Of a stretch of 64,000 bases of DNA, positions 12,799 through 25,155 are shown in pieces. Below the pieces are notes generated by a model. That model had not been told where the DNA came from. It made no database searches and was given only the letters and a program-made list of their open reading frames with translations. Source of the DNA: Nitrospirota bacterium (GTDB lineage Bacteria > Nitrospirota > UBA9217); NCBI GenBank assembly GCA_963741205.1, contig CAVUHW010000026.1, positions 1 through 64,000 of the forward strand. Direction: 5' to 3'. Each line of letters opens with the position of its first letter. The first letter of the stretch is position 1. Position numbers and translations under genes: made by a program.

Positions 12799-13923
12799 CT
12801 ATCGGTCAAGTATCGCGAGGGTCGAGACACTCGCACCGATAAGAAGCAATGCAACATAGGGTGGAGCAGCCAGTGTGACGAGGCTAACAAGCAGCAGCGC
12901 AACCCCGCCGATCACATGCAGCTGCGACCGAACCTTCGGCACTGCCCACAAATACCAGCCCTGTGCAGCCAGGAAGAGAATCGGCCCTCCGCCCAGCAGC
13001 AGGCTCAGCCCAAACGAAGTGTGTCCCTGCGGGTTCGCGATCACCTCTTTATTCGCGACCGCCACGGCGATGAGTCCCGCGACCATTACCGTCAGCGCGT
13101 TTACCGCGTGGCGACTGGCGCGAATGGGGTCACTCGTTTTCTCCAAATGTCGAATGATGAGCCGATGGGAACGCCCGAAGCTCAGCGCCCACAGTGCGAC
13201 TGTTCCTGTCAGTGCGAACGTGCCCGTTGCCAGGGTCATCACAGTCATGGAGGCATCGGCAATGGCCATGCCCGTGGTGAGCACCGTTTCCCCGAGCGCA
13301 ATGAGCAGGAACAGGCGGCAGCGTTCCAGCATATGATCTGCGTCGAACGCGATGTTCTCGGATCGCAGTCGCCGCCCGGGAACGGGATGCGCCAGCCACC
13401 TGCCGATCTGATCGATCCCGGCTGCCGACGCCCACCACAGCACGCGGGTTTCCGGGCTCATGGCCGCGCCCCCGATCCACAAGGGTGTCGTGGCGATCAC
13501 CCAAATAAGCGTACGCAAATAGTGCTCCCGGAGCACCGCATCAGTTGAATTTACGAGAGTCCAGACGGTGCGCCCCAGTTGGATCAGCAGAAGCGGAATG
13601 ACAAACGACCAGCCTGACGTTGTGAAGGCCCTCGTCACCGAAGCGTTCATGAACAGGCCCAGCAGCATCACCGCCAGGACCAACCAGCGGGTCCGGGATT
13701 GATCGACCCGGATCAGGGTGGCCGACCAGCTTGTAGTAAACCATACCGTGAAAATGGCCAGCAGCATCACCAGCGTCTCGGCCGCGCCTCGCCATGAAGG
13801 GTGAGTGAACAGATGTTGCGAGAGCTGCGACAGCGCGAACGCGAATACGAGGTCGAAGAAGAGCTCCAGCGGCGTGACCTCATGTTTTTGTTCAGGGTTG
13901 TCGTAAGTCGGTTGGTCTGTCAT
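12799..13923 (-). CDS. ltrA: Low temperature requirement protein A family membrane protein
   Basis: VTPLELFFDLVFAFA and ERCRLFLLIALGE motifs, multiple TM segments. Confidence 0.85.
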   Translation of the reverse strand: MTDQPTYDNPEQKHEVTPLELFFDLVFAFALSQLSQHLFTHPSWRGAAETLVMLLAIFTVWFTTSWSATLIRVDQSRTRWLVLAVMLLGLFMNASVTRAFTTSGWSFVIPLLLIQLGRTVWTLVNSTDAVLREHYLRTLIWVIATTPLWIGGAAMSPETRVLWWASAAGIDQIGRWLAHPVPGRRLRSENIAFDADHMLERCRLFLLIALGETVLTTGMAIADASMTVMTLATGTFALTGTVALWALSFGRSHRLIIRHLEKTSDPIRASRHAVNALTVMVAGLIAVAVANKEVIANPQGHTSFGLSLLLGGGPILFLAAQGWYLWAVPKVRSQLHVIGGVALLLVSLVTLAAPPYVALLLIGASVSTLAILDR

Positions 13924-14058
13924 ATATGCGCAACGAGGCTCTTGATGCCGTCTTCTGGGAGAACTAGGTGCCGGTGCATGAACTGGAAAATTGCTTCCAT
14001 CACATTGCATGTTTAACCGCGTGGTCCGGGTTTCAAGGTCATACAACCTCAGTGAGCC

Positions 14059-14787
14059 CTATTTCGCTCTGCTGCCTAAAACCTTACCTAATATTTCAAA
14101 GGCATTATTGGCTTCTTTCTCGCCGACTTTGGCCTTGAGTACTGATATCAGGCTCCGCATCTGAGCCTCATTCAGGCCGGTATTAAACCCGATGTTGAAA
14201 TGAGCCTGGAGTTGGGAGTTGACGCCTTCCATGCTGGCCAGCGCCGAAATTGTGGCAATTTCCCTGCTCTGGAAGTCCAGGTTGTCTCGCCCGAAGATGT
14301 CTCCGAACAGGTGGCCTTTTAAAAACTGATCGATAGCGGGAGCAAATGTATAAAGCGCCCCAGTGACCGGCTTTCCTGCCAGGCGCGTCTGTATTTCAGT
14401 TCCAAGCTCGATACTGCTTTTATTCGCGGGAAAGGGGCTTGCTTCCCTGCCAACTTCGTCCTTAATGCCTTTCTTCTGCCGCTCTTCCATAACGCCCATG
14501 AAGGCGCTGAGGCCGTTTAAACTGCGCGGGAATCCCGTATAAGCATACAGTTGAACCAAGATTTCCTTGATTTCATTCACGGCCAAGCCAGCATCCAGGC
14601 CTTCATTCAATGCAGTTTTCAGCTTTTCCATATTGCCGTTGGCGGTAAAGGCCGCGATGGGAATGATGCTTTTCTGTTTTGCGCTCAGAGCCTGATTCTT
14701 GTCCATGTTTTGTGCCTCCGAGATGGATGCAAAGCTAAACATGAAGGCAAATATAACAGCCAGAAATGCTGTGATTTGTCTATTCAT
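14059..14787 (-). CDS. Carboxymuconolactone decarboxylase (CMD) family protein, two-domain, with signal-like N-terminus
   Basis: EIKEILVQLYAYTGFPRSLN; HLFGDIFGRDNLDFQSREIATISALA. Confidence 0.85.
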   Translation of the reverse strand: MNRQITAFLAVIFAFMFSFASISEAQNMDKNQALSAKQKSIIPIAAFTANGNMEKLKTALNEGLDAGLAVNEIKEILVQLYAYTGFPRSLNGLSAFMGVMEERQKKGIKDEVGREASPFPANKSSIELGTEIQTRLAGKPVTGALYTFAPAIDQFLKGHLFGDIFGRDNLDFQSREIATISALASMEGVNSQLQAHFNIGFNTGLNEAQMRSLISVLKAKVGEKEANNAFEILGKVLGSRAK

Positions 14788-14797
14788 GATTACTTCC

Positions 14798-15196
14798 TTA
14801 TTGACCGTTGTATTGCTCGTCGGTGACCTTTTCCATCCATTCAACGTTTTTACCGTTGAGTGTGCCCGTGATGGCGATATGCGTCATTGCGGTTGTGGGT
14901 GCAGCTCCGTGCCAATGTTTTATTGTTGGCGAGCACCAGATCACGTCTCCCGCTTTGATTTCCTCCATCGATCCTCCCCATTCCTGTGTCCGGCCAACGC
15001 CGGCGGTAACGATCAGGTGCTGACCAGTCGGGTGAGTGTGCCAAGCGGATCTGGCCCCTGGCTCGAAGGTGACATAGGCACCGGAAAAGTGCGCAGTATC
15101 ATTTGCAGGAAACAGAGGGTCAATACGGACACTGCCGGTAAACCAATCGGCCGGTCCTTTGATTGAAGGCTGTGAGCCGCTTCTTTTTATGTCCAT
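14798..15196 (-). CDS. Cupin domain protein (hydroxynitrile-lyase-like cupin family)
   Basis: [40 protein letters not shown]. Confidence 0.88.
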   Translation of the reverse strand: MDIKRSGSQPSIKGPADWFTGSVRIDPLFPANDTAHFSGAYVTFEPGARSAWHTHPTGQHLIVTAGVGRTQEWGGSMEEIKAGDVIWCSPTIKHWHGAAPTTAMTHIAITGTLNGKNVEWMEKVTDEQYNGQ

Positions 15197-15221
15197 GGTT
15201 TTCTCCTTTCTGTACCGGTAT

Positions 15222-16239
15222 CTACGGGCGCAGCAGCGTCTTGATCGCGCGGCGCTCGTCCATCGCGCGGTAGCCCTCGGCCACCTGGTCGAGGGGCAGA
15301 GTCAGGTCGAATACCTTTCCGGGGTTGATCTTCCCCTTCAACACAAGACCGATCAGATCGGGCAGGTAGCGGCGTACCGGAGCGGGGCCGCCGTGGAGAT
15401 GAACGTGAGCAAAGAACAGCTGCTGGCCGTTAAGCTCGACCCCGTGCGGGACGCCGACGTAGCCGATGTATCCGCCCGGGCGGGTGGAACGGATCGCCTG
15501 CATCATCGACTCCTGGGTCCCAACGCACTCCAACACCGAGTCCGCACCAATCCCCTTGGTCAGTTCCTTGATCCGGGTCACGCCCCCTTCACCGCGCTCG
15601 GTCACGATGTCGGTCGCGCCGAACTCGCGGGCGAGCTTCTGCCTCGACTCGTGACGGCTCATTGCGATGATCCGCCCCGCACCCATCTGCTTAGCGGAGA
15701 GTACACCGAGGAGCCCGACTGCGCCGTCACCGACGACCACGACCGTCTTGCCCGGCTGAACATGCGCCGCGTCTGCCGCGAACCAGCCGGTGCCCATGAC
15801 GTCTGAGAGCGTCAGGAGGCTCGGGATCAGGTCGTCCGGGGGAACATCCGGAGTCGCCACCAGGGTGCCATCTGCGAACGGGACGCGGAGCATGGGCGCC
15901 TGCGCACCGCCCATAAGCTCGCGATGCTGACAGGAAGACTGATAGCCGATCTGGCAGGTGGGGCAGGTGTTGTCGGAGGCGAAGAACGAACCGATGACGA
16001 ACTGGCCGCGCTTGATAGAGGTAACCGCGCTGCCGACCTCCTCGACGATGCCGCAGTACTCGTGTCCCATCGGTGTCGGCTGGGTGACCGGGTTGATGCC
16101 GCGGTAGGGCCACAGGTCGGACCCGCACACGCAGGTGGCCGAGATCCTGATGATGGCATCAGTCGGCTTGATGATTTTCGGGGCGTCGCGCTCTTCGAAA
16201 CGCACGTCGCGCGGCCCGTAGAGAACAGCTACCTCGCAT
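15222..16239 (-). CDS. Zinc-dependent alcohol dehydrogenase family (frameshift near N-terminus)
   Basis: CVCGSDL, GHE, structural Zn cysteines, GDGAVG Rossmann motif; upstream [12 protein letters not shown]. Confidence 0.88.
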
Positions 16240-16278
16240 TGGTGTATCTCCTTTCGATAGAAATATCCTTGTCCGCCT

Positions 16279-16314
16279 ACACCTCTCCCTCAGGGAGAGG
16301 CTGGGTCAGGGTGG
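16279..16314. repeat. REP-like palindrome, CCTCTCCC-n-GGGAGAGG family
   Basis: cctctccct-ca-gggagagg followed by G-rich tail. Confidence 0.7.
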
Positions 16315-16331
16315 ATCTCAGGGATTCACAA

Positions 16332-16865
16332 TCACCATATTTCCAGCTTATCGATCCAAGTCGAGACTGTTGAATCCGCGGAACTTGCGTTGGTTCCCCG
16401 GATTGCGATACCCTCCAGTAGGGCAGCTTTGGGACATGTTTTGACGATATCCTTTTCGCTATGGCCCATTCCGCTGCCCTCATGGGTACAGAACGGAACA
16501 ATTGTTTTTCCGGAGAAATCATAGCTTTCCAGGAAAGTGAACACCGGCATGGGCATCGTTCCCCACCAATTCGGATACCCGAGGAAAATAATATCGTATG
16601 CCTCCATGTTTTTAACTTGTCCCGTCAACTTCGGCCTGGCTTTGGCACGCAGTTCATCTTTGGCAACTTCCGTTGCTTCCGTATAATCTTTCGGATAGGC
16701 GGTGACAGATTCAATATGAAACATATCGCCTCCCGTTATTTTCTGAATCATGTTTGCGACGACTTCGGTATTGCCGACTTTTAAATCGACAATCCCGCCG
16801 CTGGCATAATTTTGTCCCTTGCGTGAAAAATAGGCTATCAGGCATTTTTTGCCGGTCATATTCAT
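16332..16865 (-). CDS. Flavodoxin
   Basis: LIAYFS...GNT, IFLGYPNWWG, PFCTHEGSG. Confidence 0.9.
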   Translation of the reverse strand: MNMTGKKCLIAYFSRKGQNYASGGIVDLKVGNTEVVANMIQKITGGDMFHIESVTAYPKDYTEATEVAKDELRAKARPKLTGQVKNMEAYDIIFLGYPNWWGTMPMPVFTFLESYDFSGKTIVPFCTHEGSGMGHSEKDIVKTCPKAALLEGIAIRGTNASSADSTVSTWIDKLEIW

Positions 16866-16901
16866 ATGAAATTCTCCTCTACTCACATTCTCTTTTTAAT
16901 G

Positions 16902-17941
16902 TCATTTTGCTCCCTTAGACAAATGCTTTTCCCAAAACCGAACAGCGTGGTCTAACCATCCTTCGGCATCGGTGCCTGTGCCAAGCCCGAAGCCGTGACC
17001 GGCAGTTCTGTATCTACGATATTCGACCTCTACTCCGGCGTTCCGCAGATTTTCGACGCGCTTGTCAACGACCGCAGCATTCGCAATACCATCATTTGCG
17101 CTTACCGTAATAAAAGTTGGGGGAAAATCTTCGGAAAAGCTTGACTGACCGGTATAAGCAATGACCGCTATAGATGGTTTCGGCAGATTACCGCCCCCAT
17201 AACTTGCAACTCCGCTTAAAGCAATATTGCCGACCATCCTGGCGCCGGCAGAACCTCCCCATAAAGAGTAATCTTCAGTGTTTACCCTGAGTACTTCCGC
17301 ATTCCTGAAAATATAGGCTATTGCAGCCGCCAGGTCTTCCGTTGCACTTTGCTCGCTGCCTATGCGATACCTTACGACAAAAACGTTATACTTCTTTTTG
17401 CTTATCTCAAAAGCGAGCGGAAAACCTTCATGCAGGGAGCCGACGTAGGAAAATCCTCCGCCAGGGCACACAATGGCAAACGGTGCTCCCGGTTCTCCCC
17501 GGAAGAAGAAGAGTCCCGTGTGCTTCTTTGGAGGGGTCCTCCCGCTTTTGCTGTTCGGTGTAGAAATCGTAGAATATGGTTTTGCCGTCTTTGACTTCGT
17601 CGATCATGTGGTTAAGCGCAGCCCACGACAATGTCAGGGTCCACATGGCTGTGGTAAGGCATGAGCGAACGAACATTATTCAGCGGCGTGTCATAGTAAT
17701 AGGTGTCATCATCCCCCGGGAGTATAAGCTGGCTAAAGCCTTTAAATGCCGGATGGTTCACGATGTCGCGCACGGTATCATTGGTCGTTATATGGTCATA
17801 GCTTCCATGCTCTTTCAATGCCATTGTCTTGCTGTAAGGTGTCATAGGGAGTTCCTTGGTCTCTTGAGCAGTGAAATCTCGACCAATGATAAATGAGATG
17901 GTAATCCCGACCCAGAGCAATGTTATTATTCGACTCGGCAA
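16902..17941 (-). CDS. Alpha/beta hydrolase (esterase-like), two frameshifts
   Basis: CPGGGF oxyanion motif, GGSAG nucleophile elbow, GHGFGLG; N-terminal part in ORFs 17612-18013 and 17428-17676. Confidence 0.78.
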
Positions 17942-18013
17942 GCTGACTCCATGCAGCTCTTTGTCCCTGATCTTAGTATATCGCGCATAGGTCCTGTCGA
18001 TCAGCGTTTTCAA

Positions 18014-18868
18014 TCACTCATGTATTGTGCGGCTTTTGAACCTCTTTACCGCTGCAGCGCTCGTGAAGGTGTCGCCATAAAGACTTTGGTTCGTGTCCAT
18101 GGCAGCAACCGCATTCATATCTTCTTCACTCAGTTTGAAGTCCCAGATGCTGTAATTTTCAACGATACGCTCCCTGTGTACAGATTTCGGAATCGCGACA
18201 ACTCCGCGTTGAACATGCCACCGCAATATCACCTGGGCGATCGTTTTCCCGTATTTGCGTCCGATCGAGGACAGGACTTCATTCTTGAATATATCTCTCT
18301 GGCCCTCTGCAAGCGGTCCCCAAGCCTCCATCTGAACCTTATATTCGTCCATGGTCTTTTTGAGCGTATTCTGCTGGCAGAACGGGTGAACTTCCACCTG
18401 GTTGATTGCCGGGACTACCTCGTTGAACTCGGCCAGATCGGCAAGCCGGACGTCTGAGAAGTTGCACACGCCTATGGCCCGGATACGCCCCTCTTTGTAG
18501 AGTTCTTCCATGGCGCGCCAGGATCCATACACATCACCGTAGGGCTGATGGATGAGGTACAGGTCCAGATAGTCCAGGCTAAGCAGCTTCATCTGCTGCT
18601 CAAAAGCGGCCTTGGTTTTCTCATATCCGGCGTCCTGTACCCACAACTTGGTCGTAATGAACAGTTCTTTCCTGGGCACGTCGCTGCGCCTGACAGCGCG
18701 GCCAACCGCCTCCTCGTTCATGTAGGACGCGGCTGTGTCAATCAGGCGATAGCCGACCGTAATCGCATCAAATACACTCTGCTCGCATTGGGCCGCGTCG
18801 GGAACCTGAAATACGCCGAATCCCAGCATCGGCATCTGCACTCCATTGTTCAGAATAGTCGTATCCAT
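18014..18868 (-). CDS. Aldo/keto reductase (2,5-diketo-D-gluconate reductase-like)
   Basis: [40 protein letters not shown]. Confidence 0.92.
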   Translation of the reverse strand: MDTTILNNGVQMPMLGFGVFQVPDAAQCEQSVFDAITVGYRLIDTAASYMNEEAVGRAVRRSDVPRKELFITTKLWVQDAGYEKTKAAFEQQMKLLSLDYLDLYLIHQPYGDVYGSWRAMEELYKEGRIRAIGVCNFSDVRLADLAEFNEVVPAINQVEVHPFCQQNTLKKTMDEYKVQMEAWGPLAEGQRDIFKNEVLSSIGRKYGKTIAQVILRWHVQRGVVAIPKSVHRERIVENYSIWDFKLSEEDMNAVAAMDTNQSLYGDTFTSAAAVKRFKSRTIHE

Positions 18869-18886
18869 GAATCATTGCCTCCTTCA

Positions 18887-20028
<1,142 letters not shown>

Positions 20029-20195
20029 CTACCCCTGAAAGACCAAAGGCTGGTAGACCAATCCTGCTCATTTCTTGCCTAATCGTACGAAATCTTCGAT
20101 AATTGGGTTGTACAGTGCAGTGTGGTCTGGTAGTATATGATCAGGAGGCCATGAATGCGAAAGCAAGCTAAAAGGCGGTTATTGAGAATAATGAG

Positions 20196-21096
20196 ATGGA
20201 AGTCGCGCTCGAAGCATTGGGGAAGAGCATTGCCCGATGGACCGATAAAAGCGACCGGGTCGTGACTGCGATCCCGGGATTGATACTTGCTCGGCGGGAC
20301 GAACCGAGCCAGCCGGTGAGCATCATGTATCGAACCGCGCATCTGCGTGATCGCACAAGGCGCCAAACGCGTGCTGCTCGGAGACGAGACGTATGTGTAT
20401 GACCCGCAGCATTTCCTGATCACGTCCGTGGACCTTCCTACGATGGTGCAGGTCATCAAAGCGAGCCCGGAGAAGCCTTACCTGGGACTCGTATTGAATC
20501 TCGATCAGCGCGAGATGTCTCAGCTGATGGTGGACAGCAATCTTCCGCCGCCCCGTCCGCAGCAATCGAGCCGTGGCATGGCAACCGGCGAGGTCACGCT
20601 GCCGCTGCTTACCGCCTTTCAACGGTTGATCGACCTGCTTGATGATCCGAAGGATATCCCGATCCTTGCGCCGATCATCCAGCGGGAAATTTTTTACCGT
20701 TTGCTTGTGGGCGATCAGGGTGCGCGTCTGCGCCAGATAGCGTCAGCGGGAAGTCAGAGTCAGCAGATAGCGCGGGCAATCGATTGGTTGAAGAGTAACT
20801 TCACACAGCCGCTGCGGATCGATGATCTCGCAACGCAGGTCAATATGAGTACATCGACCTTCCACCATCATTTCCGGGCAGTGACGGCCATGAGCCCGCT
20901 GCAGTACCAGAAATGGCTGCGTTTGAACGAAGCGCGGCGGTTGCTGCTGAGCGAGAATCAGGATGCGACAACCGCGGCATTTCAGGTCGGCTATGAGAGC
21001 CCGTCCCAATTCAGCCGGGAGTACAGCCGCTTGTTCGGCGCCCCGCCGTTGCGTGACATCACTAATTTGCGACAGATGGCCACTGTAGAAACGTAA
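20196..21096 (+). CDS. AraC family regulator (AraC_N + HTH), frameshift at ~20335; divergent from the oxidoreductase cluster
   Basis: TAIPGL, AQGAKRV, SPLQYQKWLRL, VGYESPSQFSREY. Confidence 0.9.
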
Positions 21097-21258
21097 TGTT
21101 AAGCGGAACCTAGGAGCCCCGGAATTGTTCGCGGCTGCTCGACTTTTGTCAGTATTTCAGTGATCACCGGGATCTGCACTATATCAGAAAACATTGAACA
21201 CCTTTTCCGTAGGTGACGTTTTCGCACGACAGTGATGCCTTCGCATATTCCGCATTGC

Positions 21259-22410
21259 TTATATCCTCTCCACCAATTTTTTGAAGTGCCGGCAGTTTTC
21301 CACAAGGTCCGGGCCGTGTTTGAAAAGCCCGCCGCCGATTAAAAAGATCAGATCCTGGCCGTAGGTCTCTATCATCTCCGGAACGCGGGCAAGACTCATG
21401 CCCCCTCCCGGCGCAGGGAAGATAGACGTCAAATGCCCCATGGATTCCGCGGTCCCCTGCACGATCTCTTTGCACTCCTCCCTGCTGAATGAGAAACGGC
21501 CCCCAAAGTTGGGGAAGATGGTCGCATCCGCGCCTGCGAGGCGCGCGAGCTGGCCGAAGATGACCCCGTGGGACATACCTCCCGTGCCCGTGACGAAACT
21601 CCCCTGGAGAGCCGGGTGCGCGAGGACCGGGAGCGCGATCGTATCGTCGTCCGCCAGTTCCCTCATGAGATCATAACCGACAAGCCCCGGCGCGACCATA
21701 AGCCCGCCTGCGCCTGCGTCCTTCGCGATCCTGGCTCGTTTCATGACCTCTTTATGCGGCGCCGTGATGTTCGCGATATAGAGAGAAGGCAGTCCTGTTT
21801 CCCTGCTCGCCCGGTGAACTGCGTCTGCGCAGCGCTTGACCCGTTCCTCGAAAGGCGAGCAGCACTGGTCCGTGAGGCCGTGGTCGTCCTTGATCATGTC
21901 CATGCCGCCAAGGGCAAATTGATAAGCAAGGTCGGAAAGCTCCCGGCACGAAAGCCCCATGGGCTTCACCGCCGTGGACAGGAGCGGCCGCTTCGATATC
22001 CCGAGTAGCTGTCGAATCCCTTCCCTCCCGAACCGCGGGCCCTTGAAGTGACCGAGCAGGGACCCAGGAAGATCGAGATGCTCCACCCTGATGCCGGGCT
22101 TAATGCTGATGTTGCCGAATATGACGTTCAGGAGCTGGGTCAGCTCGCCGGCGGCTATCTCGACGGCAAAGCTGATTACAGCCTTGAAGCTCTCGGCATC
22201 CCATCGCTCGAACGCTTCGATCCTGCCGAACACCTGGTCCCTGATCACTCCTTCCGGCACTTCGTCGGCCGGGAACTCGATAGTCTGCTCGATGCAGATA
22301 TCCTCAGCCTTGGCGCGTGATTCCTTCTCGCTGCCGAGCAGACGATAGGTGACGGAAAAACGATCTCCGGAAAAGAGTGAGGTTGGTGTGCAGGTTTTAT
22401 GGATGATCAT
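21259..22410 (-). CDS. RuBisCO-like protein (form IV, R. rubrum RLP-type)
   Basis: TAVKPMG, MIKDDHGL (KDDH not KDDE), LAHPA, FPNFGGRF, PAPGGG, LIGGG. Confidence 0.9.
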   Translation of the reverse strand: MIIHKTCTPTSLFSGDRFSVTYRLLGSEKESRAKAEDICIEQTIEFPADEVPEGVIRDQVFGRIEAFERWDAESFKAVISFAVEIAAGELTQLLNVIFGNISIKPGIRVEHLDLPGSLLGHFKGPRFGREGIRQLLGISKRPLLSTAVKPMGLSCRELSDLAYQFALGGMDMIKDDHGLTDQCCSPFEERVKRCADAVHRASRETGLPSLYIANITAPHKEVMKRARIAKDAGAGGLMVAPGLVGYDLMRELADDDTIALPVLAHPALQGSFVTGTGGMSHGVIFGQLARLAGADATIFPNFGGRFSFSREECKEIVQGTAESMGHLTSIFPAPGGGMSLARVPEMIETYGQDLIFLIGGGLFKHGPDLVENCRHFKKLVERI

Positions 22411-22440
22411 TGAAGGGACCTTGCATGGGGTTCGCTATTC

Positions 22441-22917
22441 CTATTCTTCTTCCCCGCCGTCTTTTTTAACTTTCCCTTCCAGCTGCTTGTACTTGCGGAA
22501 AGCGACGGAGAGCGTCGACGATTCGGAGATCGCACCGGCTACGAGAAGCGTATCCATGATCTCTTCGAGCGACGCGCCCTCATTCATGGCCCGCCGCAGG
22601 TGGGCCTCGAGACAGTGGTCGCACCGAAGAGCCGCGGAAGCGCCGATGGCGACGAGTTCGGCTGTTTTCCTGTCCAGAGAGGACGGCTCTTTATATATGG
22701 CCATCCCTTTGAGGATAAAGGGATTGAAGTTCCGGGGGCGCTCTTTCAGCACTTTCAGGAGAAAACCGAGGTCTCCTTTCCGGTCCCTATGCAGGTCCGC
22801 AAGGGCTTCGGCCAGTTCTGTCTTTCCGAGCAAAGCCTTGGCTTCGCGAATGATCGCTGATATTGGTTTCTTTTTGCTTGTGGAGCCTTTGTTTTCTTGT
22901 TTTTTCTTATTCCGCAT
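22441..22917 (-). CDS. CMD/AhpD-like protein with CxxC
   Basis: LDRKTAELVAIG...ALRCDHCLEAH...GASLEEI. Confidence 0.85.
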   Translation of the reverse strand: MRNKKKQENKGSTSKKKPISAIIREAKALLGKTELAEALADLHRDRKGDLGFLLKVLKERPRNFNPFILKGMAIYKEPSSLDRKTAELVAIGASAALRCDHCLEAHLRRAMNEGASLEEIMDTLLVAGAISESSTLSVAFRKYKQLEGKVKKDGGEEE

Positions 22918-22922
22918 TGACT

Positions 22923-24909
22923 CTACAGCGCCTCCGCCTTCGCCGTGCTGTGCACGGCTGCTATGCGCGCCTCGGCAAGCTCGTCTTCTGATATCGAAAA
23001 TTGCGTCCCGACCATGGCCTCCACCGCTCTGATCAAGGCCATGGCGTCCATGCCGTACTTTTTAAGCAGATACTGCTTGCTCGCCCCGTGGGCATAGGTA
23101 TCGCGAAGGCCGATGCGGAAGAGCTTCTTCGCGATACCGGACTCCGCCATCTGTTCGGCGATGATGCTTCCCAGGCCGCCGACGATCGTATGGTTTTCCA
23201 TCGTAATTACGCCGTGTCGTGAGTGTGCAATGGCGTCCATCACGGATTTGTCGTCAAAGGGCTTCAGGGTCGAGATATGCATGTGCTGGATTGATACGCC
23301 GCGCTTCCGAAGCGCCTGCACCGCCCTCATCGCCTCCTCGGTCATGATGCCGCTGGTCAGGACCGTGATATCATTGCCTTCCGAGATCACCCGGGCCTTC
23401 CCTAACTCCATCGGGCCATCAAAAAGCCGCGGGATCTCGCCCCGCAGCATCCTGACATACACCGGCCCGTTGATCTTCTCCACAACATCGAGCACAGTCT
23501 CCACCTCGGTCGCATCCCCGCATTCGAGCACGGTCATATTCGGCAAGGCCCGCATGATAGCTACGTCCTCGATGGCCTGATGGGTCGCGCCTCCGGGAGT
23601 TGTGACGCCCGGAAGAAAGCCGATCATGCGGACGGGTAAATTCGGATAGGATACGGACATGGCAATCTGGTCATAGGCCCGCCGATAGATGAAGACCGCG
23701 AAGGTATGCACGAAGGGGATGAACCCCTCCCGTGCGAGTCCCGCGGCAAAGGAGAGCATGTTCTGCTCGGCAATGCCCATGGACAGGAACCTGTCGGGAT
23801 AGGCGTTGCGGAAGAGATCAATCTCGGTCGAGCTCGTAAGGTCCGCCGAAAGCACGAGCACCTTCGGCTTGTCCGCGGCCCATTTGACGAGGTTCTTCGC
23901 ATGCACGCGGGTCACGATCTCGATGCCGGTACTTGGCTTTGGCCTGGGCCTTGCCGGATTCCTGAACGGCCTGGACCGTTCCGCCCAGTTCCTCAAGGGC
24001 AGTCCGGTAGCGGTTTTTTTCCTCTTCCGAGGTAAACCGGACATAGTGCATCTTCGGCGCCCTCGCCTTCAGGACATCGATCCCGCGCGCGGCGTCGGTG
24101 TCGCACAAGACAACCACGGGCCGGCCGTCGGGAGTCGGTCCTCCGGCCTCTGCCAGCCGCTTGATGTCGTGTCCGTTTACCCGGAAGACGCGGCAACCAA
24201 AGGCCTCGAGCCTCTTGTCCAGCGGTTCGATATCCATGACCGTGCACATTTTCCCGTCGCACTGGAACCCGTTCACGTCAACGTAGATGATCACGTTGTC
24301 GAGCATGTGATGCGACATGGCCTGGAGCGCTTCCCACGTCTGGCCGATCTGAAACTCGCCGTCGGACATGAAGACGAATACCCTGCCCTTCTCTCCCTTT
24401 CTCTTTCTGGCCATGGCTACACCTGCCGCCTGGCTGATCCCCTGGCCCAGAGATCCGGTCATGGTCTCCATGCCCGGCGAATGCTCCGCGCCGATCATCT
24501 CGACCGAGCTTCCGTCTTTGTTGAACTGGAGAAGTCCTTCCTCCGCCATGCGACCCGTCTCGATCAGTGTCGCATAGAGAACCAGGGCATACTGAGCCGG
24601 AGAAAGAAAGAACCGATCATGGTCAGGCCCCGGTCCGTTGAAGGCTGCACCGGTGAAATAATCCGGGTTATGAGGTCCCGGTACGCCCGGGAAGGGTCTG
24701 GGAACGAGAGGCGCATCGATGCTGCCGAGGTCCATGACCTTGACATAGAGGGTCGCAAGGATTTCCGCAGACGAACAAGCCTGGGAGAGATACCCGCCGT
24801 TGTTCCTGATCGTATGCTCCAAAACTCGTTTCCGGATGCCGGCAGCGACGCGTTTCACGTCGTCCTGCCACAGAAGGGCGCCCTTTTTCGTTCCACTTGT
24901 CTTCATCAT
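22923..24909 (-). CDS. Transketolase-like ThDP enzyme, N and C halves probably fused (one extra base near 23931)
   Basis: TGSLGQG, SDGE...N ThDP motif, GIAEQNM, RAYDQI, GATHQ, ENH..GGLG; no stop or new start at the junction. Confidence 0.85.
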
Positions 24910-24938
24910 TCCTTAAGTTCTCCTTAAATATCGCGTCG

Positions 24939-24967
24939 ATTATCACGCAAGACCAGACGGGTGTCAA
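24939..24967 (-). promoter_or_regulatory. Sigma-70-type promoter for the TK-CMD-RLP operon
   Basis: TTGACA-N17-GATAAT on minus strand. Confidence 0.7.
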
Positions 24968-25100
24968 GGTGAAAATGCCGCGGGAAAAACGGTGGGTTCA
25001 ATGTTGTTTCTTTGCATTCTTAAAAAAAGGGAGGCCCTTTTTCTCAGGTATGCAAATTATTGTCATACTCGATTTTCCAAATAATCAGGCATTTAAGTTT

Positions 25101-25116
25101 TGGCATGACTGATGCA
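25101..25116 (+). promoter_or_regulatory. Sigma-54 (-24/-12) promoter
   Basis: TGGCATGACTGATGCA: GG-N10-GC, 40 bp upstream of the 25156 ATG. Confidence 0.7.
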
Positions 25117-25155
25117 ATTCATTGGGCAAGACTGAACGAAAGGGAGGACAAAAAA

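Noticed and set aside
21259-22410. CO2-fixing RuBisCO / Calvin cycle (RuBisCO next to transketolase)
   Set aside because: KDDH instead of KDDE, other catalytic residues substituted, only 383 aa, no phosphoribulokinase or small subunit: form IV.
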